From the NCBI GenBank assembly GCA_965153455.1, contig OZ234493.1:23984213-24048212 (forward strand): a stretch of DNA of 64,000 nucleotides, in the 5' to 3' direction. Source of the stretch: Sphagnum compactum. Its lineage: Eukaryota. Positions 1 through 13,685 of the stretch are shown piece by piece. The notes below the pieces were generated by a model that was not told the origin of the DNA, ran no database searches, and worked only from the letters and a program-made list of their open reading frames with translations. Position 1 is the stretch's first letter, and each line of letters opens with the position of its first letter. The position numbers and the translations under genes were made by a program.

Positions 1-1837
1 TTCCCTTTAATGTTTGCTAACTTGGTTTTGGCAATTATCTTGAAGGTGATTGTCCTCTTGTGCCTTGGACTCCTTGGAAAATTACATTTCCAATTGATCA
101 TTGACTCATTACATTGCTCACATTTCCTTTTGAAACTTATCAATTTAATTTCTAACTTCCTTAAAGATTTGGATCATTTAATAGCTTTTGTTTTAAGTTG
201 AACAATTTCACCTTCATAAAACACCAAATGTTAAGAGGCAATGTGGAGGTTTTTTGCCACCATTTGCAAGGGTGTGTTTTCAATATGAAGATAATCAACT
301 TCAATTCACAACTTTTGCTAATTTTCCAATTGTTATTAGACCCTATGTAATTATGCCTATAGTTTAGTAACTTGCTTTTCAACAATTTGTCAAGTTTCAA
401 ACCTATTTCTTACCTATTTAATATCTAGGTGCAATCACACAAATAAGATTTTTTTATATTGTAAATTTTTTAATATATCATTGAAACATATGAGTTAATT
501 TGAAAAATCCAACGAATAAAAAGTTGTCAAAATCATTCATTAAATGATGCAATGGTTGTTATTAAGCACAAAAATGACATGTAAATGGGGTTCAAATTTT
601 TTGATAATGAAATATTTCTTGAAATCTTTTACGTAAACCTTGACATATTAGTATTAAAAAAATTTCAAGATTTTAAAGGTTTTTTTAAGACTTTTGTGAA
701 AATAGTCCTAAAAGTATTCCCCCAAAAGCAGTCCCCTAAACAAGTGGGTGTGGCAGGTGTTATCCCATTTGCACTCATCTAAAATCATGGTTATCAATTT
801 TTTTCCTAGGAATGTGCTATGATGATGAACTTGGCCTCAATAATAAACCAATCCCCTAGTGTCAAATAAGAACTATTTAATAACACTTATCTTGTGGATT
901 TATATCAAAGAGGTTGGATGTTTGAAAATTTTAATCATTGAAACGACAATAAACACAAAAAATGCATTACTATTTGGATCACCTCCACATTGTATTGGTG
1001 AACATTATTAATGAATTTTGCACCAATGCAAATAAAATTATTCCCATGTGCACTTTTCTGGTACCCACAAACATAAACTTGTTACACCCATTTGGTATCT
1101 ACAATATCTACCCAATTCTTCCAAGTCTCCATTTCCCTAACAACAATGTGTACTAATTTCTTCTTCTTTTTCTTCTTATTCTTATCTATTTCTTATTTTT
1201 GCTTTGACTCACTTAAAGTTCCCTTCATCTTCTTTTGTACTACCAAAGGCATTTTATTAATCTAATAAATTATAAATATCTTGGCAATCTTTCAACATTT
1301 TCGCAAATGTTCATCCCCCTTTCCTAAAAGTTCACAATGTTTTGCAACCAATAAGAATACAAAAAAAATGATGAATAGTATGAGGAGTAAGAAAAAACTT
1401 TCTCCTATTTATTTCTTTCACCACAAGAAATTATTTTGACGAAAGATGCAATCACGTATGCATGTAATTGAAAGGCAATCATCATTGGATGCCGAAATGA
1501 CATCCTTGTATTCCATACTCATTAATGGTCATGCCTTCTTGCAACATTCCATTATTTTGCAAATGCATCAATATTTTCTAGTATCTACCTTTCAAAAAAT
1601 ACTTCCATTGAAAAATAGTCGATTGCCATACATTTAAAACACGATTGGTACTCATGCCCATATTTTGTTCGGTATAATCGATTGATTCAGTGGCCCAATA
1701 TTTTTCAATAGTAATGTTTTGATGTTGACAAAAGTTTGGTTGTGGGCTTTCTTTTGATCATTAAGTTTTTGAATCCTTTAGTTGCAAGAAAAAATATCTT
1801 TGGGGCGCTACCTTTTAATTTTCATCTATTTTATTAT

Positions 1838-3080
1838 TTCCCTCCCCCCCGCCCAAACCCGCTCCTATTTGAATTGGGCTACTAATTTCCTAGCACCTAC
1901 ATCTAGGACTTGGTAGGGCTTAAGTTTGTTGATGTTAACTAAAATGGGGTTGGGATTGAATTTATTAATGGTTGCAAGTACGACAATATTGTTTGGCAAA
2001 CAATATTCTATTTAGTGAAGGCTTAACCATTTTTCAAAAATTTCCTTGGGTGAGACTTTTTGCTTTTGGGAAACCAAAATACATAGTCCCCTAAAGAGAA
2101 TTTTTATTTATGATTGTGGGCCACAAGAACATGGTTCAACTATTTTTGTGATCAAGGTGCAAGATTGGTGCATTCATATACCAAGCCTTAATTGTATCCC
2201 AAGCTTTTTGGTGTTTGGTAGTTTGCTTGGAGGCTTTAAATTTTGCATTGGTTTTGTGACTGGTGCCATGATAAATGCAATTTTTTTTAATGAAACATCA
2301 ATATAACTACACCATTCAAATCTTGTTGAATATTTGAATGTGTTTGGGATTCTTCAATGGTGGCATATCCAAAAAAATTCTTAAGGTCTAGCAATTTCCC
2401 TTCCTTGGAAAAAATGTAGACCAAATAACCTTCAAGTAGACCCAAAAAATACATTTTTCTAAATTTAAGTTAATGCCAAAGTCTTGACATTTGTTGAATC
2501 AAAGTTGTAGCTTCTGTAGAGGTGTTTCAATGTCATTGAAGACACTAAAACCACCAAGAAACAAATTCATAAAATAATCAAAATATTCCTTGAAAGTTTG
2601 ATCGACAATGTTTTCTAGTATGTTGGTGAAACATTCTTCATATTGAATAGCACATGATGATTTAGACAAAGTCTCTAATCAATCGGTAATGAAATATGTT
2701 TTGTACCTATATTCAAAGGTTATCATAATATGATGATAACATTCAAATCCATCTAGAAAGGAGCAAATTCCATGGCATGTCATTGCATCCATAATTTTCT
2801 CAATAAAAGGAAGAAATATGGATCTTTTTCATCGTTGAGTTTGCAAAAATCAATGCAGCTCTTCAACTTCCTATTTTTTGGGGTACCACCATAAATGAAT
2901 AGGACTAGGTAGTTTGGTTTATTGTTTGAATGAAATCCTGCTTTTAACTTTTTGTCCAAATCGTGTTTCAACAATGATAATGTAGTTAAGATTCCTTCGG
3001 TATCTAGCTTGATGAACTAGGGGAATTGAAGTATCCATTTCAATTCAATGTTGAGCAATATGAAAGTGGAATCCCTTTGA
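1838..3080 (-). mobile_element. Degenerate Ty3/Gypsy pol remnant (RT and integrase C-terminus) with polypurine tract
   Basis: Minus-strand translation fragments TPKNRKLKSCIDFCKLN..KDPY, SFLDGF..YHHIMI and FLGGFSVF (decayed RT core). NPNPILVNINKLKPY near 1915-1990 resembles an integrase end. Purine tract on the minus strand at 1838-1850. Many stops and frameshifts. Confidence 0.75.
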
Positions 3081-3088
3081 AATCCTAA

Positions 3089-4233
3089 CATTAGAAGAAA
3101 ATCCAGTTTTGCAATTGGTGTTTGTAATGAAATTCCAGTTGCACATGCCACATGCAACTGCATTTGGCATAGTTGTATAAAACAAGTTGTAGCCAACTTG
3201 TAGTTGCATGTGACATATGGTACTTGACATGTATATATGGTATGTATATACATTTTCATCAATATGTATTCCTACAACAAATTACATATATGCAACTATG
3301 TGTGAAACTAAATGGCAATGTTTATTCTTATGACATGTGTCCATTTTGAATGCCAATTATTTGGTGACATGTGTCATTTAAACATATTTTGGTATATAAT
3401 ATAATATAATATTAAAAATATGGATAATCCAATTTAAGTTTTTCAGGATGTTGACACATGTCATCTAGGTAGGTAGGTAGGTAGATAAGGTTTATTTTAT
3501 GACACCTGTCCATTTTGAATGCCAATTATGTGGTGCCACGTGGCATTTAAACACATATTGGTTTTTAATTTTTTAATTTTTTAATTTAAATTTAAATCAT
3601 CAAATTTAAGGTTTATATGATGGTGACATGTGGCACCTAGGTAGGTAGGTTTGTTTAAGTAAGGTAGGTAGGTAGATAAATAGGCTTAAATAGGTAGGTA
3701 AGTAGGCCCAAGCTAACTAGTTAGGTTTAGGATAACCCTTTTTTTATTTTGGGTTTAACTTTTTAGGATTGAACTTCTTTTATTGGTTCATTTCAAATGG
3801 CATTTGCTTTTGAACTATTTCTACTGTAGTTATATAGTTTAGAAAAATAAAAATATGACAAAGGATATGGGATAAACATTTTAATTGCAAGCATAACCAA
3901 CCTACTACCTAATATATATGTTATATTAAACTAGTTTACCTACAAGGTATATTAATTATTATAGGTAATAATATTAATATAAAGATAAAATAAAGTGAAA
4001 TAAAATAAATATTAAATATTATTATTATATCTGTATCATTTAAATTATAGCTATCTTACCATATTACTAAACAATCAAGTGCAATATAATAAGGCAAGAT
4101 TTACTATTCTTATATCAAATAGATCTAATTTTGCAACAAACAATGTGTTTTCTTTTTCAACGATAATTTCATTGATGAAATCATAACATAATAGCTATCT
4201 CTATTGTATTACACTTAGTGCACTTGTTTAGTG
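3089..4233. mobile_element. Degenerate CACTA-like non-autonomous element
   Basis: Begins cattagaagaaaa, a degenerate form of the cactagtagaaaa end at 9396. It has similar agttgca subterminal motifs and (tagg)n tracts. The right end and TSD are uncertain. Confidence 0.4.
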
Positions 4234-6699
4234 TACTTTGTAATGAATTTAGGTCTTTTTGGGTTTAATTTTTTGAAAAAAACCTAGGAAAAATACATTT
4301 CCTTTAGGAAAAAAATCATCACTTTTCAAAAAAAAAACTTTGGGGGAAAAAAAACCCCCATTTGTCTCAACTTCTCATTTTGGGGACATGGTTTTTTTTT
4401 TTTTTTTTTCAAATTTTCAAAAAAAAGATTTTGAATTAAAAAAAATTCAAATTTAGTTAAATTCACATTAGAAAAACATGATCTTCTAAAAAATTCCCAA
4501 ATTTTTTGTCCAAAAAACCATTGTTGGTTTAGTATTGACTTTTTAACATGCTAACTAATCTTAGTATTAGGGTTTAAATAAAAATTTCCTTTTCATACTA
4601 GTTTGGTACTGGTAGCCTATTAGGTACAATGAAAAGGCTACTGTGTAACAACAGCCATTAATGCACCATTTTGCCCACTAGATGGGCTGTGTTTTTTCAT
4701 TCGGCGTTAGATGGGGTTCATCAAAGTCCATTTTTTTTCGCTCCTAACCACTGTACTTTTTTTTTGGGGTTTGTTTTTGGTTGTTTTTTCCCTAGACCTA
4801 ACCTCACACATAATAATCTTACTCACCTTCCGACCCTCATAAGTATTGTACCAACCTTGGTACCTTACGAATTATCCCCTATTGACATAGCTACCTTAAT
4901 AACTAGTTATCTTACTGATCTACCTATACTAATTACCTACCCTACCAACCTAGCTACATTATTATTTAGCAACCCTATATACACAACCACCCTACTGACA
5001 TAAATATTCTACAAACCTAGTCACCTTGATAAGGTAACTTGTTTCCTATATACTAACTTGCTTACTTACATGCCTATTTATTTTAATAACCTATCTACCT
5101 TGCTCCTTGAACTTCCTTTCTACTTACTAATTTGCCTACTAACCCAACTACCTACCTATATACCTACTTACCTACCTATGCACCCAACTTCCTACCTACC
5201 ACTATGTTCACCTACCTACCTATGTTTTTAACATAACCAAATACCTAATTAATTACCTACTCACTTTTCCCACCCCCTTAACCCCCCAATCCTACCTATC
5301 AATTTAACAAGGCTCACCTTAGTTCATGGATGATGAACATAGGTCCCCATATGTAGGTATTATAAACAATTTATAGTGGAAACAATATCATAATTGTAGC
5401 CATTTTGGTTTAGTTAATGCATATTTTATTAAATTTTGTTTACCTAATTTATTTATGGAATGGACATTACAATACATCTTTTCATGTAATTATTATAAAT
5501 ATGTTTTCTTGGCTTATGGTTTAGGTTTAAGGTTAAGACACATAAAGTAATTAGCAAATTTTTCACAAATCTATAGTAATTAACCTAAATTAGGCAAAAT
5601 TTGGGGTGAAATTTTAAGGTTTAGATAGATGTGAAATAATACAATTTCATTCTATGTCTTTTTCAAAGAAAGTGGAAAAAATTAGTTTGAAGAGATCACA
5701 CAAAGATAAAAGACATATATTTTCTTTTGGTTTTTATAAAATTTATTTGATTATTTTTGAAGATTAAAGTTTTTCTTCGGTTCGGAAATCTTTGTAATTT
5801 AAAAGCTTAAAAATTTGGTTTCTAAATTTTTTCCTATGATTTAAAAAAATAATTATTTTGCATTATATAATTTGTATACTTTGTATAGTTTTTTGGGTTT
5901 AGGGCATATATCATTAAAACTTTTTTTTGGTAGGGTTTGTATAATTAAGGTTGTAATAAGGCTTATGGCAAAATATCATATGGATTTTTAGGGTTATGTC
6001 TTATGAATTAATGTTTAGGAATTTGGTTCATATATATTAAGGCTTAAGGTTTATACTTTAGACTTTGCTCATTGTATTGGTTTCTGATCTTATCACTCGT
6101 TTAGATCTATAACATAATTATGAATCTCCTTTATTTCCATATGTTCCATAGTTGTTAAAGTTCAATATTTCCTAACCCACTTTTGTTTAAATGCAATATC
6201 TGTATCATATTATGATAATTCAGTAACCATGAAACATAAAAGTATTTTTAAAATATTTGATTCCCAACCAATACATCAGGAAATTAATGTTTTCAAAATT
6301 ATTTATTCACTTTATAGTATGATTTAACGTATATAAAAATGAACATAATGTAAAATTGGTCACATTGATGATATAGGGGGTTAGGGTTTAATGTAAAATT
6401 TACTATTTAATGTTATGGTTTAGGTTTAGAGTTTAGGACATATAAATTAATTAACATTTTTTTACAAGTCTATAATAATTAAAATAAATCTAAGGTGCAT
6501 TTTGAGCATATGTAAAACAATGCAATGTCATTTTATATATTTCTAAAGAAAATGAAAGAATTTAACTTGGAAATATTACCAAATGGTAAGAAACATACCT
6601 TTTTTTGTGTTTTGTTACAAATTTTATTTAATTATTCAAAAAATTAAGGGCAAATTTTTAGTTGGTGAAAATAAATATGTGTGCGGGTATTGCAAAATT

Positions 6700-7495
6700 A
6701 TATGAATACCTAGCCCTAAATGCAATACCCATATTCAAGTTCGTTTCGGTATAACCCATAAGTGATTTAAATAACCTAAGGTGCAGACCCAACCCTAAAT
6801 GCAATACCCACATGTAAGCTCATTTCAAAATAATTAGTATGTAATTTAGGTGGCCTTTCAATGAAAACCAAAGCCTATATGCAATACCCACATGTAAAGT
6901 CACTTCAAAAGTGGTTTGGGTACCCAATAATATGTCTCTTTATATACCTAAATTAATTTTATGACAATTAATTATCTAAAATAATGGTTTGAATAACTTA
7001 TCAACATAATCAACTTAATTAAGATAATAAATTAAATATCAAATTATTGATTTGATTTTTAAATCTAAATTTTAATTATCTGAATATTGAAGGTTCAACC
7101 AAATATTCAATTAATTGATATTAAAAACATATGATTGTTTAAATATGATAATCAATCATTTACATTATCTGAATTTTTTAAAAAGTAATTCCTTAATTAT
7201 GGCATTATTTGTTGATATTTAGACTAGATTAGTATGTCATATGAACCCCATAAATATTACAATGGAAACTTATATGCAATTATTGCAAAAGATGTTACAA
7301 ATCAGCAATTATTTATGGACCTATATGTGGGTATTATAATGGATGTTAAAAAAATCAACTACTAGACCTATATGCAGGTATTGCAATGAATGTAAAAAAA
7401 CTAACAATTATTTACGAAACCTATATGTGGGTATTGTAATGGATGTAAAAAAACTAACAACTATTTATAATACCTATATGGGGGTATTGCATTTT
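6700..7495. repeat. Two short tandem arrays in opposite orientation (tgcaataccca / tgggtattgca core)
   Basis: About 3 copies containing tgcaataccca at 6715-6900 and about 4 copies of a ~51-bp unit (cctatatgtgggtattgcaatggatgtaaaaaaa) at 7265-7495. Confidence 0.65.
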
Positions 7496-9395
7496 TGAAA
7501 TGACCTTATAGAAATTATAATAGAAAGGATGTAGGTATTGCACAATGTTCATTTTGATATTTGTAAACCTTAAATAAATTAATGTTACTTATTCATATGG
7601 TACTATTTAAGTTTTGATTCTTACATCTAAAGTACTAATAAAATTATGAAAAATAGGACATATATAATTAACCAATATACCCATCAACAAGTGTGACTAG
7701 AAGAAAATATTATATTGATAAAAGATGTACAAATATGGGTGGATAAAAAAATGCTAAAGAACATAATGAAAAAAAAGGTTCTTTATAATATATCAAAGGA
7801 CTAAAGTTCAAAAATTGGGTAGTTTCAAAAATGAAAGGGCTAAAAGAACCTAGCTAATTATATAAAGTGGAAACCCTAAACCATATAATTATCTACAACC
7901 CCATATTTAACTCGATAAGCAGCTGCTGCATTTGCAACCCTTATTGCATGATGAACAACGTACAAATGGCGATGTTGCATCTTAACCTGAACTACATTTG
8001 CAATAAACTTTTTTTTTATTGTGCCCTAAACCCTATAAACACCCAAAAAACCACCAAATTAAACCCTAACACACTTTGCATGAAACAAAATTATAAAAAA
8101 AAATACACATTGATTATTATGTTTCTTTTACTTTCATGAATCATTCTGGATTGATGGAAATCCAATACATTTGTCAACTCTTGTGTCTAACTTGTTTTAG
8201 TGGACTTTCAATCCCAATTTTTGACATCCCATGCCTTGTTCGTTGCAATAGCACCACAAAAAAAGACGATGGCACATTGCTGTCATCTTCTTCTCTCTAA
8301 CACAGAGAAGAAGGTGATGGTAGCAAGCTGCTATCGCTTTCTTCGTTGGAACACCACCATAAAAAAAGACAATGACACATTGCCGTGCTGTCGTTTTCTT
8401 CTTCTTTTCAGGCACAAAGAAGAAGGCAACGACATTAAGTTGTTGTCGCCTTTTTCGTTGTAACACCACCGGAAAGGACGATGGTGCATTGTCGTTGTTT
8501 TCTTCTTCTTAAACACAAAGAAGACAAAACACGTAAGACAACAACAAAATAAAACCAAGAGAAGGGACGGAGCTTACCTTCAAGCTCATGCTTTGCCCTC
8601 TCACTTTTGACTCTCATTTCTACTTTCTTGCTTTTGCTCTTTTGTTTCAAGCGCTTTATTCTGGCTGCCACTTCTCCCCTCCCACTTTTAGTTCGTAGTT
8701 TTGCCTTCCTTCTTCTACCCTTTCGTTCAAGCTCTTTCAAGCTCTGACAATGGAGTGAACACAAAATGAGGTGAGGTAGGTAGGTAGGAAGGAGGTAGGA
8801 GGGGGGGGGGAGGTAGGTAGGAGGGGAAAATTTTGGGATGACAACAAGATAGCTGTCATCGCCTTGTTCGTAACAAAAAAAAAAGAAAAAAAAAAGGCAA
8901 TGACACTTTTGTGTCTTTGCCTTCTTGACTTCAAACAAAAACAAAAACATGAAAGAAGACGCCATCATCTTCTTCTCAAACAAAAGAAAAAAAAAAGAAA
9001 CATAAAGAAAAAAAAACCCATAAAGAAGAAAAAAAATGCAGAGAAAGGAGGGAACTTACCTTTCTTCTTTCGCTTTTGCATTTGGGATGAAGCGATGCTC
9101 TTGCCTTCTCCTCTCCACGTTCCTTCAACTTTGAGCTCTCCACTTTCCTCAAGCCTTATGTCTTTTGTCTCCTCGAAGTTTTGTGCTACTCAAGCTCAGG
9201 AGCTCTCCTGAGCTCTCGAAAGGGAGTGAGTGAGAAATGAGGTGAGGGAGGTAGGAGGGGGGAGGTAGGTAGGAGGCAGGTAGAAGGGGGGGGAGGTAGG
9301 TAGGAGGGGAAAATTTTGGGGCAAAGAAGGGGGCTGAAAAATCCCTGGGCAGGGGAAGAGGATGTGTTTTGGTTCATCCCCAAAACAGCTTGAAC

Positions 9396-12082
9396 CACTA
9401 GTAGAAAATGGCCATTTTGCGACTGGTCCATGTGACTAATTTTTAGTTGCAAGCGACATTTGCAACTAAAATTCTAATAGTCGCGTTGGACAAGTCGCAT
9501 TAACACTAGTTGCAAACGACAACGAATTTTGGATGAAAGAAAAGTCAACAAAATATGCTTTCATCCTGTGATTAGTCATATACGTATTGTCGTTTGCAAC
9601 TAAGATGCGACTTTTTTGGTGAGCCATGGGAACAAGTTATGTGTTGCCACGTGTCCCAACTTTTAATAATTGAAAATATGTTATTATTATTTTGAAATAA
9701 TCTAAGATGTTTAATTTTTATGTTTGGATGGTTTAGATTGTGACACATGGTGCAATAAAAATTTGCCACATGGCATATTAATTGATATTTTCCAAATTAA
9801 ATTTAAATCAATATTTAGGTATGTAGGTTGCATTAAGTACTTACCTACCCATTTAGGCTAAACACCTATCTAGATATGACCTATTTACCTACTTAGGCCA
9901 AATACCTACTTAGGTAGGTAGGTAGGTAGAAAAATAGGTAGGCAAGTTAGGGAAGTAGGTAGTTAGGTGTAAATACATGAATATTTATATTTTACTTTGG
10001 GTCAAGTCATATTTAATGACTCATCCCATATGCCCATCTATTTTCATATGTAAATGTAAGACAAAACACTTTATTTATATATTTTTCAAGATGGGAATGA
10101 AAGCCAAAACATATGGGACAAACTTTTTAGTTGCAAGTCGTTTACGACTAAAAAATGTTCAGTTGCAAACGACTTGCAACTAAAAAGTTTATCCCATATG
10201 TTTTGGTTTTCATTCCCATCTTGAAAAGTATATAAGTAAGTAAATAAGTGACATCTTACTAGTTAACTAATTAAGTAATATAATTATTAATTATTTAACG
10301 AATGAAATATAGAAAAATAAATTTATAAACTTGCTAATTAATTAATCAACAACTAAACTAGAAACTAACTATTTATTTATAATACTAATAATCAATCTCT
10401 TATTATTACTGAATTTATTATATTATTATTAAATATTAATTTATTTATTAGTTAGATAAACCATAATATTATATTAACTATAATAATCAATCAATCAATT
10501 TAATTAACTAGTAATTGGCTAATATTGAAATATTTAGCTAATTATTACTAAGTAATAAATTATTATTTTGTAACCAAATAAATTAATATAATAACTGAAA
10601 TATTCAGTATTTAATTATTAATAAATATTGATTATAAATATTGACTATTAGGTTTTAATATCTAATAATATAATTAAAACCTAGCCTAGGCTAACTATTT
10701 TATTATAATTACTCCCATTATTATTTTCATTTATATAGTTAATAGTAAATATATAAGTAAATATTTAATAGAAAAAAATCATTAATTCAATTATTATTGT
10801 AGCTAGTTGGTAGCCAAGGTTAACTATTTTATTATTATTATTCATATTATTAATTCACTCATTAATTGATTTATGAAATATTACAATAAATATTATATAT
10901 TTTATAAATTATATTTTTCCTTCGAAAATTATTTCTGCATTTGTATAATAATTTATTAGATTTCCATTCTAAATTATACAATAATTATTATAAAATATAC
11001 AATAATAGAACTAAAAATTAGAAATATATATTAGTAAATGATTATAATCATTGACTTATTAATAATTAATAAATATCAACTATAAATTTTAAATACGAAA
11101 ATTTAAAACTATATATTAATATTTCTTAATAATTATTATATTAATATAATAAAATTTCATAATTGATTACTTATAATAATAATAACAATAATGTAATTTG
11201 TCACTAGCCTAGGTTAGCTATTTTATTACTATTATTATTATTATTACTATATGTCACTTGTTAGACTATTATGATTTACTATAATTAAGTTTTCATTTTT
11301 TAAAGAAATAAAAATTAATTCGTAATAAGTACATTAATCATTTGAAAAGAATTTAATAATATATTAATTTTTAAATAATTACTTCAATAATTATAGAATT
11401 ATTTTTCTTATCATTTTAATATCATCATCATTATGATCATTATGTAACAAGATATTAATGTTTTTAAATTTTAGTTAAAGATAATATTTAAATTTAGTTT
11501 TTATTACATGTAGTTAATGTAAATATATAATAATAATAATAATAATAATAAATGTCATTTTAAATAATTTTAGAAGTATAATAAAATGGTTTGGATAAAC
11601 TTATAATATGGGCACAATATATTTAACAAATATCTTATGTATATAATTTTGATATACTCAAAATATATACCATTTAATGTAACCATAATATCAAGGCCAT
11701 TTATGATAATAATAATATTTTAATACACATCTAATATGGTTGTTCATATACATTCAAATTATACATTTATAAATCCTAATACATCAAACTATATTTTTTA
11801 AAATTCACAAAATATACCTTTATATACTTATAGGGTTACAACTAAATTGGTCACATTTGCAACTAATGGGACATAAATTGTTCTTCTTGGATGAAAACTT
11901 AACTAAATGTTGTTCACATGGAAGGATGAACACCAAATTAGTTGCAAACTAGTTGCACTGTAGTTGCAAATATGACCAACACAAGAAATAGTTGCAAAAA
12001 TGTCCAAATGTAGTTGCAAATAACTGATAGTCGCATGTAGTCGCAAAGAGATTGGTTACATTTTAGCCAATTTCTACTAGTG
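9396..12082. mobile_element. Non-autonomous CACTA (En/Spm) DNA transposon
   Basis: TIRs cactagtagaaa (9396) and tttctactagtg (12071-12082). Perfect 3-bp TSD aac at 9393-9395 and 12083-12085. Repeated tagttgcaa subterminal motifs at both ends and a very AT-rich non-coding interior. Confidence 0.92.
10081..10227. repeat. Near-perfect inverted repeat (~68-bp arms, ~11-nt loop)
   Basis: ttttcaagatgggaatgaaagccaaaacatatgggacaaactttttagttgcaagtcgtttacgact pairs with agttgcaaacgacttgcaactaaaaagtttatcccatatgttttggttttcattcccatcttgaaaa with about 4 mismatches. Confidence 0.9.
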
Positions 12083-12300
12083 AACGGCCTCATCCTGAAC
12101 TGGTGCACTAATGGCTGCTGGTTCACTCTAGCCTTGTGAAAACACTTCCATACCAAGTTGGTTCAATGCTGCTGGTTCACTCTAGCCCTGTGAAAACACT
12201 TCCATACCAGGTTGGTCCTGGGATCAGGTCATAGTCCATTTTTCAGTTGGGATATCGCAGGTATATAACTGGTATTGAGATTGGCACAAAATTGGTAGAA

Positions 12301-12596
12301 GGCTGGTATTACCTCAAGTATGTATTAGACTGTTATTGGCATAAGGCTGGTATTACCTCAAGTACATATCAAAGTGGTATTGGTATAAAGTTGGTATTAC
12401 CTCAAGTATGTATGAGACTGGTATTGGTATAAGGTTGGTACTACCTCATGTATGTATGAGACTGGTATTGGTATAAGTCTGGTACTACCTCAAGTATGTA
12501 TGAAACTGGTATTGGTATAAAGCTGGTATTACTTCAAGTATGTGTGAGACTGGTATTGGTATAAGACTGGTATTACCTCAAATATGTTTCAGACTG
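12301..12596. repeat. 44-bp tandem minisatellite, ~6.7 copies
   Basis: Unit approximately ggctggtattacctcaagtatgtatgagactggtattggtataa, repeated head-to-tail with point variants and no unique spacers. Confidence 0.92.
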
Positions 12597-12771
12597 GCAG
12601 GGTTAAACAAAAGCGTTCCCTAACTTTCTGTGTATTTGGACAAACAAGAAGCAAGTGCTCTTCATCCTCAACCTTCCCCAAATCGCAGCCTTGACAAAGC
12701 CTCTCTGTGTATGGCACGCCCTTCCATGCACCTAGCACTACCTCAAGCTGCGTGTTACCACATCGAAACAA
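12590..12771 (-). mobile_element. LINE 3' fragment (C-terminal CCHC zinc-knuckle region, RTE-X-like)
   Basis: Translation FRCGNTQLEVVLGAWKGVPYTERLCQGCDLGKVEDEEHLLLVCP matches the RLC..C....EDE.H.L..CP knuckle found at the end of non-LTR retrotransposon ORF2. Confidence 0.75.
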
Positions 12772-13685
12772 AAGAGAAATGTTTTTTTGCTGACAAACTT
12801 TTTTCTGAAAGAAATTTGGAATTTTGTTTTTGAAAAGTTAAAATTCAGACTAATTTTCTTATTTTTTGGCAAATTTTTCGATATCACAAAGTTGAGAAGA
12901 AAAAAAACAAAGAAAAAAAAAACCCTGGTTTGGGTCCTGGGACGGTCCTTTGGAGATCCCCCCCAATCCATTCATCCATCCGTCCAGCCGTCCATCCTTT
13001 GGCATTAGCTTACACATTCATTTCAATACAACAGAGTTTTCAAATTGGGATGGAAGTGTAAAGAGAACTGGCAACGGTCTTGTGGCATTTATTGCTTACA
13101 TTTTGGACGACGTGTTTTTGCGACCGTTTCCGTCGTGTCGTGTTGTGTGTACCCACCCCCCTCGTCGGTGTGACGGGAAGCTCTGCTCTTCGTTTCTGCG
13201 CGATCACAAAGAAAGTGAGGATTTTTGTGCAATCAATATCCTCGAGGATTCCTTTGGAGCTCGTCAGTCGATTGGCGACGATTTCCAGCTGCTTGTTGCT
13301 CTTGTCGTTATTGTTGTAATACTACTGCGGGAACACGAGTTGCTCTTTGTCGATAACCAAGTTGTCCGCGCGCGAGTGTATACTTTTGCAGTTTCCGAAG
13401 CGTGAGTTTTCTGCCTCTACATCCACTTCTTGCAGTTCATTGTGACACCACCACGAATTCTCATATTTCTGATTCTTTTGTTTTGAGTACGAGGATTGAG
13501 TTTTTTTGGTTTGCGGGAATCGTGTTGTTGTTATAGAAGCACCGGAGTATTTTTACAGAAATGGCAGCAAGAAAATCAAGCCTTGCTGTTCAACTTTTCA
13601 TATTATCTCCAGGCTTGTGAGGGGAAGAGGGGAAAGGAAGGAGGCAGAATAGCAGCAGCAGCAAGTGCACAGTTTGAAGAAGAAA

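Larger units (their letters stand above)
4635..12134. mobile_element. Large non-autonomous TIR element (Harbinger-like termini) hosting a CACTA insertion
   Basis: Left end aggctactgtgtaacaacagccattaatgcacca (4635) is an imperfect inverted match to tggtgcactaatggctgctggttcactctagcct (12101-12134). The same TIR motif bounds the MITEs at 27730-34112 and 39737-40133. No clean TSD found. Confidence 0.55.

Noticed and set aside
1..1700. Further retroelement gag/LTR remnants
   Set aside because: Likely given the adjacent Gypsy fragment, but too decayed to assign motifs or boundaries.
5519..8070. Scattered tttaggg/aaaccct motifs as interstitial telomere
   Set aside because: Only isolated or degenerate single units, with no sustained array.
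8197..9452. Overlapping ORFs of 65-182 aa
   Set aside because: Low-complexity A/T-run and (tagg)n repeat sequence inside a TIR element, with no domain or splice pattern.
10250..11700. Extremely AT-rich block as an organellar insertion
   Set aside because: No organellar gene or tRNA was recognisable. It lies inside the CACTA element and looks like decayed filler.
12301..12596. CRISPR-like array
   Set aside because: Units are contiguous with no unique spacers, there are no cas genes, and the context is eukaryotic. It is a minisatellite.
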